From: an uncultured virus (IMG/VR IMGVR_UViG_3300042453_003546)
Taxonomy: Duplodnaviria > Heunggongvirae > Uroviricota > Caudoviricetes
Direction: 5' to 3' (one strand)
IMG/VR virus record: IMGVR_UViG_3300042453_003546
DNA: 57,165 nucleotides
How positions within the stretch are numbered: position 1 is the first letter of the stretch; the number at the start of each line of letters is the position of its first letter. A model generated the notes under the pieces. That model saw only the letters and a program-made list of their open reading frames with translations. It searched no databases and was not told where the DNA came from. Shown here piece after piece: positions 1 to 9,864 of this stretch. Made by a program: the position numbers and the translations under genes.

Positions 1-312
1 CTTTGCAGTACATTCGTCAGCATATATATCCAATGCTGAGGAGATGATACTATCTGTATCCATTGCCTCATAGTCTCTAAACAACTCCAAACGAGTGTAT
101 AGTTGTAATTGACCTGCATGATATGAGTAGCCTGGAATAGAAGAAAATAATCTTGAGAATCTGTCTATTCTTCTATTTGTGACGATGTTGCCGTCTGATT
201 GAATTCTTGCTGTGTCTATGACCTTTAGTTGATTACCACCCACATTACGAATAATTACATCCGTACTGAATAGTTTTCTTAATCTACTAAAAAGTGTTTT
301 GTTTTCGGCCAT
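1..312 (-). CDS. Portal protein, T4 gp20-like (5' part; runs off window)
   Basis: Manual translation MAENKTLFSRLRKLFSTDV...LFRDYEAMDTDSIISSALDIYADECTAK matches the gp20 N-terminal 'Y..M......A.D....E' pattern; directly downstream of terminase. Confidence 0.85.
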   Translation of the reverse strand, partial: MAENKTLFSRLRKLFSTDVIIRNVGGNQLKVIDTARIQSDGNIVTNRRIDRFSRLFSSIPGYSYHAGQLQLYTRLELFRDYEAMDTDSIISSALDIYADECTAK

Positions 313-342
313 TAGTGTTTATTTATAAATAGTCTTGAAAGT

Positions 343-1914
343 TTATATAAGCCAATTAAGGTCCTCACTATTGCCTTTTTGATCTTGCATCTGCCATGGA
401 TTATTATCCATTCTTGGTTTGTAAATTGTTGCTGACGATTTAATTCCTGATAAGGCAGCTCTGTTGATTTCAATTCCTGCCTGTCTAAGTTTTAAAGCCG
501 TATCTCTAACCCACAAACCTTGAGCAAAACTCATTACCAAGTCGTCATTATACCCTTGTGCTGCTTCTGCCCTACCGTTTTTCCAAATGAATACAAAAAG
601 TTCGTCTAGTAATCGCTTACTTCTAATAGTACAGCTTTTTTCACGTATATACAACTCCATCTTAGATATAACTAACGGTCTAGTTTTATGGCTCATTGTA
701 AATCCTGCAACCATATCGGTCTTGCTTGTGAGATCATACCCCTTTGTTAAAAACTTATCGGAGTCAAGTACATCATTCTTGTATGTGTAATATAGGTTTG
801 AATAACCCCTGTCGATTATCTGTTGTATTGTTGCCCAACCCACATTAGCATTCTCTGGTACAAGTAGTGCATCGTTATATTCTGTTGCTACTGCCACAAG
901 CAAATTACCAAAATCCTTTGTCGTTAGCTGACCTTTATATTCGGCCACTTGTCTACACGACTCAACTTCCATTACATGAAATGCCGAATAATCGCTTCCA
1001 TCACCTCTTGCAACGTCCGCTGTTAGTATATAGTTTTTAGTGTAGTCGGGAACTTCCCAAATCCACAAATTATTATCAAACCCTCTTTTTTCTAAAGGCT
1101 CTTGTACGAATGTTTGACTATAATATGCTACTAATTCTGGAGAAACAACTGTATTACCCGAAGTACTAAAATCACAATCACACTCCTGTGCTGCTAATCT
1201 AAGCCCCAATTCGGCATCTTGCCTATCTCTCCATTCTTGATTACGTTCTGGATGTACTTGCCATGGAAGTCTTAAAGTTTTAAACTTGTTTTCACCTCCT
1301 TCTGCCTTTGTCCACATTTTATGGAAAAAGTTACCAGTACCATTTGGTGTTGATAATAATATACCTTGACCCCCAGTAGATAATGTTTGTTGTAGTGATG
1401 CCCATAATTCTTCAGCTCCATCTACGAATGCAGCCTCGTCTATAATGACTAGTGATAATGCTTCCGAACGTCCTGATGTTCCAGTACTTGATACAGCTTT
1501 AATTTGTGATCCATTTGACAGACGAATGGAGAGTTTATTGCTCTCCACAGCTTTTATCTTTAGCCAACTTGGTAAGTGTTCAAACATTACCTTAACCTTT
1601 GTCACAAGGTTTTTAGACGTGTTTTGATCAATCGCTACAACCAAGCAGTTTTTGTCATTTTGGAATAGTATCATCCATAACGCATACCCTGCTATCAAAG
1701 TTGAGATACCTAACTGTCTAGATTTTAAAATAATTACCCTGTCGTTTTCTTGAAACTCAAACAGAGTATCTTCTTGGTATGGGTATAAGTGGAAGGGAAT
1801 TTTACCTTTGGTTGGGTGCTGAATCATACAATATTTTTTCATAAAGTATGATGCTGATTTAGCACATTTTACATATTCCTCACGAATAATGTCTTTTAAG
1901 CTTTTTTCTTGCAT
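343..1914 (-). CDS. terL: Terminase large subunit, T4 gp17-like
   Basis: LYPYQ adenine-binding motif, KSRQLGIST Walker A, IIDEAAF Walker B, STPNG, nuclease DVARG.G.DYSA and NDDLVMS; start placed at MQEKS. Confidence 0.95.
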   Translation of the reverse strand: MQEKSLKDIIREEYVKCAKSASYFMKKYCMIQHPTKGKIPFHLYPYQEDTLFEFQENDRVIILKSRQLGISTLIAGYALWMILFQNDKNCLVVAIDQNTSKNLVTKVKVMFEHLPSWLKIKAVESNKLSIRLSNGSQIKAVSSTGTSGRSEALSLVIIDEAAFVDGAEELWASLQQTLSTGGQGILLSTPNGTGNFFHKMWTKAEGGENKFKTLRLPWQVHPERNQEWRDRQDAELGLRLAAQECDCDFSTSGNTVVSPELVAYYSQTFVQEPLEKRGFDNNLWIWEVPDYTKNYILTADVARGDGSDYSAFHVMEVESCRQVAEYKGQLTTKDFGNLLVAVATEYNDALLVPENANVGWATIQQIIDRGYSNLYYTYKNDVLDSDKFLTKGYDLTSKTDMVAGFTMSHKTRPLVISKMELYIREKSCTIRSKRLLDELFVFIWKNGRAEAAQGYNDDLVMSFAQGLWVRDTALKLRQAGIEINRAALSGIKSSATIYKPRMDNNPWQMQDQKGNSEDLNWLI

Positions 1915-1924
1915 ATGTAACCTT

Positions 1925-2341
1925 TTAGCGTAATAAGAATCCAACTATGGTTGTGATCGTAACAACACCAACCGAAATTCCTAAAAACTTGACTGTTCTC
2001 TTTAAAGCCTTTTTATCTTTTTCTAAGCCAAGAACAATATTATTGTATAGTGCCTCTTTTTGCTCATACATACGTATTTGCTCATTATAGGCCTGAACTT
2101 TGATTCTGTGGGAAGTAATGATGTCGTTTTGAGAGCTAACTATTTGGTCTGTTAGACGCAGCTTTTCTTGGAAGAGCTCCAATTCCTTTTTTGCTAAATC
2201 TCCTTCAAGAAGGTCTACTACAACTCTTCTTGAGATATCACACGGCAAGCGTGTTTCGCAACTATCTAATGTAACGGTTTGCGAAAAAGCTGTCGAGTTG
2301 AGAAGGAGTGTAATTATAAGCGTCTTTAATCCTATCTTCAT
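1925..2341 (-). CDS. Secreted coiled-coil protein with C-terminal TM helix (spanin-like)
   Basis: Signal peptide MKIGLKTLIITLLLNSTAFSQ, coiled coil, C-terminal hydrophobic helix; overlaps upstream gene by 80 nt. Confidence 0.5.
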   Translation of the reverse strand: MKIGLKTLIITLLLNSTAFSQTVTLDSCETRLPCDISRRVVVDLLEGDLAKKELELFQEKLRLTDQIVSSQNDIITSHRIKVQAYNEQIRMYEQKEALYNNIVLGLEKDKKALKRTVKFLGISVGVVTITTIVGFLLR

Positions 2342-2615
2342 ACTCTTTGCGTATTGTTGCAATCTTTTTATCAACTTTGTTTATTTCTGATTTATAATAG
2401 ACTATACGACTTTCGTAAGTATTTATCAAGGAATCTTGCTTTAATTGCACTTTACGTAAATCACTTATCTTTGCAGTAAGGCTGTCAATTTTATCCTTAT
2501 CGTCTTTATATTTGTCTACGTAATCATTTTTACCTTTATCAAAAAATATTACATACACAGACAAACCAACTATGATTGATGCAAGTATAACAATTATAAC
2601 TCGTTCCAATTTCAT
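2262..2615 (-). CDS. i-spanin (Rz)-like membrane-anchored coiled-coil protein
   Basis: N-terminal TM helix followed by long coiled coil; overlapping gene pair architecture. Confidence 0.55.
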   Translation of the reverse strand: MKLERVIIVILASIIVGLSVYVIFFDKGKNDYVDKYKDDKDKIDSLTAKISDLRKVQLKQDSLINTYESRIVYYKSEINKVDKKIATIRKEYEDRIKDAYNYTPSQLDSFFANRYIR

Positions 2616-2794
2616 TAGAATCGTGTTTCAGTTTTAGCTTTGTAGTTTGTATCTACGTAGTTAAAAAAATCCTTTTTCTTTTCACCACTTAATTCAGCTG
2701 GTGACGAAATATCAAATTTTTTCATTGCTTTTTTAAAAAACTCCTGATACTCTGTATCTTCTTTTAGTCGTTTAATGATGTGTGATGTTTTCAT
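2615..2794 (-). CDS. Small conserved T4-like phage protein, 59 aa (not in ORF track)
   Basis: MKTSHIIKRLKEDTEYQEFFKKAMKKFDISSPAELSGEKKKDFFNYVDTNYKAKTETRF; TAATG overlaps with both neighbours. Confidence 0.8.
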   Translation of the reverse strand: MKTSHIIKRLKEDTEYQEFFKKAMKKFDISSPAELSGEKKKDFFNYVDTNYKAKTETRF

Positions 2795-3111
2795 TATCGT
2801 ACAGTGTTGTTTCTTACCTGCTTAAGTATATTTAATTTTGACTCGTTTGATGATGTAAAAGTGTCTACAATGGTACTAAGCATTTCTACTAGATCATCAT
2901 CACCTACATTATCAGTACTACTTCTCAGCTTTCTGATAAAATAGTTAAGTGCTTCCTCAAAATCAGCACTCATTCCCTCTTCTTCCGGTTGTGGCTCTTC
3001 TTGAGGTACCTCTTCGGTTTCTTCAGCTTCCATCAGTCTAGTGATCTCTTTTCTAATTAACTGACGTAGTTTATTTTCTACTAGTGGTTTTTTGATTGTA
3101 TTCTTTTTCAT
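2794..3111 (-). CDS. Acidic protein with LRQLIRKEI..LME leader, probable head core/internal protein
   Basis: Leader motif followed by Glu-rich linker; TAATG coupling. Confidence 0.65.
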   Translation of the reverse strand: MKKNTIKKPLVENKLRQLIRKEITRLMEAEETEEVPQEEPQPEEEGMSADFEEALNYFIRKLRSSTDNVGDDDLVEMLSTIVDTFTSSNESKLNILKQVRNNTVR

Positions 3112-3527
3112 TATTGTTTATCTAAAAGGTCAACAAAATTAGTTGTTTTTGCATCAAAGTTTTTCTTATCTTTATTGTCAAACATCATACGTTCAATTTG
3201 ACCATTCTTTTGTTTCATTTTACACACTGTAGCATCAAATTGTTCAAGACCTGATAAAGTGTAAACGATTCCAAATGTAGCTTCTTTTTCTGTTACCTTA
3301 GCAAATAACTTTGCATCTGTGATAATCATATCCAGCATACCAAAATCATTTACATCAGCTACAAAAATCATTTGTTCGCCCTTGTTGCCAATATATTTGA
3401 ATACTGGTCTATATCCATGTACAGCTTGAAATTCACGGAAGTATGGAGTTGCGATCATTTCTGGTTCAGTAGCCGATACATCCTCAACTGCAAGCTCTTT
3501 TAATGGTATTAGGTTTATAAGTTTCAT
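3111..3527 (-). CDS. Hypothetical protein with MKLINLIPLKE leader
   Basis: ORF track; TATTTATA motif upstream. Confidence 0.75.
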   Translation of the reverse strand: MKLINLIPLKELAVEDVSATEPEMIATPYFREFQAVHGYRPVFKYIGNKGEQMIFVADVNDFGMLDMIITDAKLFAKVTEKEATFGIVYTLSGLEQFDATVCKMKQKNGQIERMMFDNKDKKNFDAKTTNFVDLLDKQ

Positions 3528-3554
3528 TGTTATTATTTTATATAAATATACACG

Positions 3555-3968
3555 TTAATCTTTAATTGGTCCTCCAACTACCCAAGCATCACAAGTTCTC
3601 TTAGCTGCGCACTTAAATTTTAAAAACCTACAGTAACCTAATTGACCCGCTTTAATTACGTCAAATGGATCCTCACTACCCTCATCATTACCTATTCCTG
3701 TTGCAATGCAGTTTAGTGTTTTTTTAGTAATATCAAACGCAGCACAGTTTCCACACAAAGCCTCTTTTGCTTCTTCTACCGAATCCAATTGCCACATCTC
3801 CACTTTTTTATTCCAAAACTTTTCATTTGGCTCATTAGGATTCAATGGACCATAGCCATACTCTTGAATACCCTTTTGTCTATTTTTTAAATTTAGACCA
3901 ATATCTTGAGTGGCTGGTGGGCATTTTGCTTTTTCAGCTTCCAATAATAAATCAACTAGTCTTATCAT
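3555..3968 (-). CDS. Cys-rich metal-binding phage protein with MIRLVDLLLE leader
   Basis: CPPATQD, CGNC, GYC, C...RTCDAW. Confidence 0.75.
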   Translation of the reverse strand: MIRLVDLLLEAEKAKCPPATQDIGLNLKNRQKGIQEYGYGPLNPNEPNEKFWNKKVEMWQLDSVEEAKEALCGNCAAFDITKKTLNCIATGIGNDEGSEDPFDVIKAGQLGYCRFLKFKCAAKRTCDAWVVGGPIKD

Positions 3969-4168
3969 AATGATCTAAGTATTTTACGAATTTCTAGACG
4001 CAAAATTTCACGCAAGGTTGGTTGGGTACTTTCGTTTGCTTGGATATGCAAAGCTGCTAAGTACTTACGCAATGCTTCTTTGTTGCCATCAGTACATCCA
4101 ACTTTTTTTTCTGTGTCTTTCTTATATACACAGTATTTGTCTCCTACTTTTTTGTGTGTATATGGCAT
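3965..4168 (-). CDS. Small basic phage protein
   Basis: MPY..KK.GDKYCVYKK...GC; C-terminal LREILRLEIRKIL. Confidence 0.7.
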   Translation of the reverse strand: MPYTHKKVGDKYCVYKKDTEKKVGCTDGNKEALRKYLAALHIQANESTQPTLREILRLEIRKILRSL

Positions 4169-4170
4169 TA

Positions 4171-4653
4171 TTATTTTCCTTTTAGTATTTGACTTACTGG
4201 TTTAGTTGACCACATTCTACAGCTCCAATATCCTGCAGAAGTTCTATCCTTCTTTTGTGAGCATTTGTGACGTGCTCTAAAGGATCTTCTACGTTCTGGA
4301 TCATCTCTTTTGATAGATAATCCTTTATCACCAAAATTCACCTTAACTACATTACCGGCATCGTTCTTAACATAAACTTTATACTTTTTCACATCACCTT
4401 TCATTGGCTTACCTAACTTCACTTCACGGCCTTGATATTCAGCCTCACTCAACATAAACTTACCTGCCACAATATCCTCTAATAACGCTAATGCACATAT
4501 CTCACATAGGGTTACCTCTTCGTTGGCAGCATTGATTTTTTTTGCAGCTGCAACTGCCTTTTTATACGCTTCTGAACCTTTGCGAGCTGGCTTCTCACCT
4601 CTCGCTTTTTTTGCTCTAATATTATGCCAAAGGCCTTTTGATTCTTCGTTCAT
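4171..4653 (-). CDS. Conserved basic phage protein (RARHKC...YWSC family)
   Basis: GLWHNIRAKKARGE module plus AEYQG...VNFGD...RRSFRARHKC...AGYWSCRMW; start placed at MNEESK. Confidence 0.75.
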   Translation of the reverse strand: MNEESKGLWHNIRAKKARGEKPARKGSEAYKKAVAAAKKINAANEEVTLCEICALALLEDIVAGKFMLSEAEYQGREVKLGKPMKGDVKKYKVYVKNDAGNVVKVNFGDKGLSIKRDDPERRRSFRARHKCSQKKDRTSAGYWSCRMWSTKPVSQILKGK

Positions 4654-4654
4654 C

Positions 4655-5266
4655 TTAGTGTTTATGTAAATGTGCATTCAATACACCACCTATTGCAGTA
4701 GCATGATTACTTATTGTGTGTAGAAAGTCTGCGTTTAGTTTAATTCTCTTTCTTGTATAATCCACCGCCAAAACTCCAATAAACTTATCATCTACTGTTT
4801 TGATTGCAAACAAATAACTAGATTTTGTACCTGCCTCTTCTGCTATGTACTTCAACCCATAAGTTGCTACAGTTTCATCTTTGTAATCTGGGATTTCAAT
4901 AATCTCTTTATCAAGTAGCTCATTGATTGGTTTACTAAACAAGCTAACTGGAATATTTTGGAAGTTACCTTGAATTGATTTCACATTAGCCTCTACCGTC
5001 TCATACACCATACTAAACTTTGCTATTGACTTCCCAGTTGGATAAAAGTGACCTCCGTTATGAAATTGTGCCAACCATACACGATCCGCTGCAAATTCAT
5101 GTTTAATGAAGTCTAACTTATTAGTAACTTTTTCACTGATGTTTAGTGCATCGGTTACCATATCACCCTTCACTCTTCGTCTATCAATACCATACTTAAT
5201 TAGAAGCAATAATACTGGCCCTAACACCCCAGTAATAAAAGCTACAAGAATAGTCGAATCAATCAT
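4655..5266 (-). CDS. Single-TM plus GAF-like domain protein, candidate T4 T-type holin
   Basis: N-terminal TM helix; ADRVWLAQFHNG...KSSYLFAI...FIGVLAVDY GAF pattern. Confidence 0.55.
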   Translation of the reverse strand: MIDSTILVAFITGVLGPVLLLLIKYGIDRRRVKGDMVTDALNISEKVTNKLDFIKHEFAADRVWLAQFHNGGHFYPTGKSIAKFSMVYETVEANVKSIQGNFQNIPVSLFSKPINELLDKEIIEIPDYKDETVATYGLKYIAEEAGTKSSYLFAIKTVDDKFIGVLAVDYTRKRIKLNADFLHTISNHATAIGGVLNAHLHKH

Positions 5267-5271
5267 TAGTT

Positions 5272-5766
5272 TTAAAAATTTTCAACGTTTTGTTTTATTT
5301 CGGCGATTACATCTTCCCCAATTTGTTTCAGATAACCTTGATCAGCATCTTTCCATTTTTCAATCAAACCATCTTCTGTGACGTGTGATTTGGATGTTTG
5401 ATCTTGAACAAACTCCTGCACATAATCTTCTAAATCTTTTATAAAACTATTTGCGTTTGCTAATATTTTGCCCTTTTCATACTCTTCCCAATTTCCAGCT
5501 TTCATGATCTCATGCTCCATATCAATAACACAGTTAAAACATCTTTTATGTATTGCCCACATTTTTTCATCTAAATGGTGTTTCATTGGGGATCCACATT
5601 CTGGACATGCTAATGGAGTTAAAAACTCTTTTCGTGCATGGTCCATTTTTGTAACCGTTCTCTTTATACCATTCTTAATAGTCCATAACTTACCACCTTC
5701 TTCCCATTCATCTCCTTCAACACGTTTAGTAGTAATTTTTCCAGTCGTAACATGTAAATTTTTCAT
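5272..5766 (-). CDS. Zinc-finger phage protein
   Basis: CPEC...CFNC. Confidence 0.7.
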   Translation of the reverse strand: MKNLHVTTGKITTKRVEGDEWEEGGKLWTIKNGIKRTVTKMDHARKEFLTPLACPECGSPMKHHLDEKMWAIHKRCFNCVIDMEHEIMKAGNWEEYEKGKILANANSFIKDLEDYVQEFVQDQTSKSHVTEDGLIEKWKDADQGYLKQIGEDVIAEIKQNVENF

Positions 5767-6059
5767 CTTGCTTGTAAGTGATATTTTTCGATAATTTGTT
5801 GAACATTTTTGTCAAATCTACGCAAGGCTCTTCTAAGCTCCAATCTCACACCTTCAGCCATTTTTGCACTTTCTTCACTATCAGCTACACCTCTAAAGAA
5901 CTCTTTTCCTCCAGTTGATGATACACTTATGGTAAAATTAAATTCTGGTGTTCCATCTTCACCAACACTATCAAATCCTGAGTCGTAATGAAGAGTCATA
6001 TTTGTGCTTGGTGATGTGGCAATGGCCTCTTTTTTCTCCAATAATTTTTTTAGTTTCAT
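5763..6059 (-). CDS. Hypothetical protein with MKLKKLLE leader
   Basis: ORF track; ATGA overlap with the downstream gene. Confidence 0.7.
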   Translation of the reverse strand: MKLKKLLEKKEAIATSPSTNMTLHYDSGFDSVGEDGTPEFNFTISVSSTGGKEFFRGVADSEESAKMAEGVRLELRRALRRFDKNVQQIIEKYHLQAR

Positions 6060-6060
6060 G

Positions 6061-7944
6061 TTATCTTTCGAATTTTATATATCCTATAATTTGGTTAATT
6101 GGTGCAAATGCCCCTGTAAGTTTATATAGCTTACCACCGTACTTAAACACAATACCTTCGAGTGGTACGATAGCGTCAAACCCACCCAAATCCTTTAGTC
6201 TCTCCAACTCCCTTTTTAAGAATTTTAATGATGCGTCATCATCACTCATATCTTTCGTAGTCGCTGCTTGCTTAATTTGTGCAATCGCATTATCCAAATC
6301 CTTTCTCATTTGTCTAACACTTTGATCGGGATTGAGTGATACCAGTTGTGATATGTTTTTTAGAACATTGACACCCAATTTAAGGAATAAGTTTTCAAAT
6401 GGTTTAATTGCAATTTTCTTTTGAGTTGCATAATCGGACTTATCAAAACTTAGTACCCAGTTTTTAAAATCCTCATTTGTGATTGCATCACGAACAGCTT
6501 TAATGTTTGTACTTTTATCTGAAAATGCCCAACGATTGGTTAGCTGTTCTATATTCTGTGGTGTAATTTCATAACCATATGCTTTTGCACTAGCCTTTAA
6601 AAAACGCTCCCACCAACGTTGAAGATATGTTGATAAAGTGTCTGAATCTTTTAAATTAAATTTTGATTTAATTTCTCGAACAGCCCTAATCAACTCCTCT
6701 TTTTGTTTTTCGTAATCCTTTGTTTTATTTAAGGTGATAGGATCTGTAACACGAATCTCGTATGTTTTTTGGTTTTGTGCTTCTACTTGACGTATAGCAT
6801 TGTCTAACTGTTTTACTAAATCCGTATTTGTATCCACCACATTACCACTCTCATCATATTCTGTAATGTTATGCAACCTTAGTTGAGCTGCTCCATAAGG
6901 AACAACATTCGCTGTCTCTGGATATAATACTTCAAAGTTGACAAACTTGGAACCATTACCAAAAAATTCTTGTTTTTGTTGTGGAGTTAGTCTATTAATT
7001 GCAGTTTCCATATCCCTCATTGCTTCAGTAAAAGCTGTTTGGATTGGTCCTCTATTAGCAAACATATCCTCTACTTGTTTTAGTGTTAGCGAGGTTTCTC
7101 CAGCATTTTTTAAATGTCCTTTATTTCTTGCTGCTCGCACCTGACCATCCTTATAAGTGACCATTAAGTTTTGACCATCCAACTTTTCTTGAGCAAATTC
7201 TACTTTTCCACTTAGAGCTGCATCAATCATACTTTCCATATCTTTGAAGGACATATCGTAATCTTCGTACGGATGTGTCATATGACCAGCAGCACCACCT
7301 TCCGTCAATATTGTCCTTTCACTGAGGGTCTTTTTTGTCAATATGTTAAAAATTGCTTTCGTTACGGATTCAGGTATGTTTGGATAGTTTGTCTTGAAGT
7401 TGGTATAATCGTTCGCAGCTAAGTCTGCTCTGAGTGTTGATGCACTTATTCCCTTACCGTTTGTACCATCTGTTCTTCCCTTATAATATATTGGAGCTGT
7501 GTCTACAGATAACTCAATTACTTCAACTCCAGGTCTATGATATTTTGCACCTAAAGCATGTCCATCAACAAAGCCTTTTACTCTTGCATAATCCTCTCCT
7601 TTTGAACTAGCACCCAATGCATATGTTCCAGGTTCTGCCGTTTCAATATATTTGTAAGCTGCTCTCATTGGGTTGTCATCAGCTACACTTTCTACGACAA
7701 TATTTGGTGTGTTGCCAAGTAATAACTTCCACACTGCAACACTTTGATCTCTAGTTATTCCATCTCTCTCTTTTGGACCAATTAGCACTCTTACCTCCGA
7801 AACATTTGCTTGACTCGCATATCTTTTGGCTAGCTCTAAATGTCCTGCATGTGGTGGCTTAAATCCTCCAGGCAATAAAACTACAACACTCGATTGCAGC
7901 TCCTTTATAATACTTTCGACTAAATATTTAGATAGTAAATTCAT
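6061..7944 (-). CDS. HxGH (cytidylyltransferase/NMNAT-like) domain fused to ATP-dependent ligase-like nucleotidyltransferase domain
   Basis: GGFKPPHAGH and GISASTLR in N-half; EKLDGQN (motif I), NFEV (III), EGIVFK (IV), LYKLTG (V) in C-half. Confidence 0.75.
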   Translation of the reverse strand: MNLLSKYLVESIIKELQSSVVVLLPGGFKPPHAGHLELAKRYASQANVSEVRVLIGPKERDGITRDQSVAVWKLLLGNTPNIVVESVADDNPMRAAYKYIETAEPGTYALGASSKGEDYARVKGFVDGHALGAKYHRPGVEVIELSVDTAPIYYKGRTDGTNGKGISASTLRADLAANDYTNFKTNYPNIPESVTKAIFNILTKKTLSERTILTEGGAAGHMTHPYEDYDMSFKDMESMIDAALSGKVEFAQEKLDGQNLMVTYKDGQVRAARNKGHLKNAGETSLTLKQVEDMFANRGPIQTAFTEAMRDMETAINRLTPQQKQEFFGNGSKFVNFEVLYPETANVVPYGAAQLRLHNITEYDESGNVVDTNTDLVKQLDNAIRQVEAQNQKTYEIRVTDPITLNKTKDYEKQKEELIRAVREIKSKFNLKDSDTLSTYLQRWWERFLKASAKAYGYEITPQNIEQLTNRWAFSDKSTNIKAVRDAITNEDFKNWVLSFDKSDYATQKKIAIKPFENLFLKLGVNVLKNISQLVSLNPDQSVRQMRKDLDNAIAQIKQAATTKDMSDDDASLKFLKRELERLKDLGGFDAIVPLEGIVFKYGGKLYKLTGAFAPINQIIGYIKFER

Positions 7945-8479
7945 TGTTAACGGTACCTTGTGTATAAATATGGCTCGAATTAAGTTGACGACGTAAATTT
8001 ATTACTTCAGCTTGTAGTTTTTCAACTTTATTCGTTAGGTTTACTATTAGCTGGGTAATCGATTGGTTTTGATCTATGTTTGTTAAGTGTAGATCTTGCA
8101 TAACAGCCTTACCATCAACAAACAATCGATAATCACTATACTCCTTTTCTTGAATAGATTGACCGATATATAATTTTTCCATATTACGATATGGAATTAA
8201 TTCACGTTTTTCAATATCCTTTGTAATTGGATTGTATGATAAATAATGTAAGATAAAATAAATAGAATCGTTTTTTAATTCTCTGTCCGTTGTTGGAGTA
8301 CCAATCCTCATAGTATACGGATTGTCATTATGTTTTTGCTTTATTTGTAGTATGCTTTCACCATTCCAACTTTGGTATATATTTTTTATCAATATTGTTC
8401 CAAGTACATGCTCATTTCTCAATCCTTTAATGGCTGAGAATGGTTTCTTAGCGTTCTGTATTGCTTTATTGTTTATCAT
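7928..8479 (-). CDS. Tail-associated protein with C-terminal coiled coil
   Basis: RLFVDGK...LTNKVEKLQAEVINLRRQL resembles fibre chaperone ends; start placed at MINNK. Confidence 0.5.
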   Translation of the reverse strand: MINNKAIQNAKKPFSAIKGLRNEHVLGTILIKNIYQSWNGESILQIKQKHNDNPYTMRIGTPTTDRELKNDSIYFILHYLSYNPITKDIEKRELIPYRNMEKLYIGQSIQEKEYSDYRLFVDGKAVMQDLHLTNIDQNQSITQLIVNLTNKVEKLQAEVINLRRQLNSSHIYTQGTVNNEFTI

Positions 8480-8480
8480 G

Positions 8481-9863
8481 CTATGATTCTTCTCCTGGTG
8501 GTTCGTATACGTCTGGTATGAAGGTTCCGCCTCCCACAACAGTACCAACTGTTGTTGGTTTGATAAATCTAGGATCGGTTGTTACCCCAATCTTACAAAT
8601 TTTTATATCGTCTATAATGATTCCAAAATATTTATTATCTGCCAAAGATCCACTCACCTCTATACACAGCTGTGCTGGATATCCATATTGGATAGCTGTG
8701 AAATTAAATTGTTCTGTTTTATGGTTTGATTGTGGTTCTAGAAAAGTCATTTGTGGCGCTAGCCCATAATTGTTTCCAATTACAACTATGTTATTGTCGG
8801 GTGGATACCAACCAGCCGCTCCAATCACTCTTTCTGATGGTATTGGAGCTTCCGTTTGTACATCGTGAATAAACACGGTCATAAAGGTGCCGTTATCTGG
8901 AGCGTAGTTGTTGTCCGATAGTCTTTTTAATGTAAACTGTATGTTATATATTCCGCCATTTGTATCAAAGATTTCATTAGCGGCATAGCTAGTGTTTGTT
9001 CTGAACCAATAATCTGTACCCTGAGTTGTACCACTGCTTGTTACTGGTGTTGGACAAAAAAGTCTTCTCTGCTTTAATGCTCGTCTGAAATCTCTTAATC
9101 CATCACCCGATACGGCTGACTGACTCATTGACATTGTTACTAATGATTGACTAACCGCAATTGTAGTGATTCCAATTCCAGAACCAATATCAAAATACCT
9201 ATTATCAATTGCACTAAGTGCATTTCCAGTTGTAGATGGCCACGTAATGTCATATGCGATCTCATCGCTACGATCTGGTTCCGCTGGAGATATATATTGG
9301 CTTCCTATGTATGTTGGATAGATTGGCTGACTTGCTGTGCTATGCAAGTATCTAAATACAGCTCCTGAGTAACCGGTATCAACTGCTGTTGCAAAAAATT
9401 TTGCATCTACAGCTGTCCAACTTGAGGTAACTGAGTATGATACCACACCAAATGATGACACATTTGTTAAGTTGTCTCGATAAAAGCTTCGAGAGGAATA
9501 CATATTAACTTTCCAATATCTATCCACAACCGTTTCATCAGGGCCTGCTCCCTCCCAGTTAGGCAACACTGATGATAAGTCTTCATATGACCAAGATGGC
9601 ACCGTACAATTCCATAAAAAATCACATGCAGCACTTCCCCAAGGAAACGCTCTATAGAATTGATTGCTCCCAGAATCTCTTGTTGTTAGGTATGTAGTTG
9701 CTAATGTGTCTTTTGGAAAGTTGAGAAATGAACTCGATATATTAGCACTATCCACATCCCACCAAGTTTGGACAAGATTACCATTCCATGGTTCATTTAT
9801 GATTACTGAACCACTTTGAAATCGCTTATAGTACATGCTAAATGCTCCGGTTATTGCTGCCAT
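8481..9863 (-). CDS. Putative tail/virion structural protein
   Basis: S/T/aromatic-rich beta composition; 1-nt spacing in late operon. Confidence 0.55.
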   Translation of the reverse strand: MAAITGAFSMYYKRFQSGSVIINEPWNGNLVQTWWDVDSANISSSFLNFPKDTLATTYLTTRDSGSNQFYRAFPWGSAACDFLWNCTVPSWSYEDLSSVLPNWEGAGPDETVVDRYWKVNMYSSRSFYRDNLTNVSSFGVVSYSVTSSWTAVDAKFFATAVDTGYSGAVFRYLHSTASQPIYPTYIGSQYISPAEPDRSDEIAYDITWPSTTGNALSAIDNRYFDIGSGIGITTIAVSQSLVTMSMSQSAVSGDGLRDFRRALKQRRLFCPTPVTSSGTTQGTDYWFRTNTSYAANEIFDTNGGIYNIQFTLKRLSDNNYAPDNGTFMTVFIHDVQTEAPIPSERVIGAAGWYPPDNNIVVIGNNYGLAPQMTFLEPQSNHKTEQFNFTAIQYGYPAQLCIEVSGSLADNKYFGIIIDDIKICKIGVTTDPRFIKPTTVGTVVGGGTFIPDVYEPPGEES

Positions 9864-9864
9864 G

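Noticed and set aside
343..1914. Intein or intron in terminase
   Set aside because: Normal length, contiguous motifs, no splice signatures
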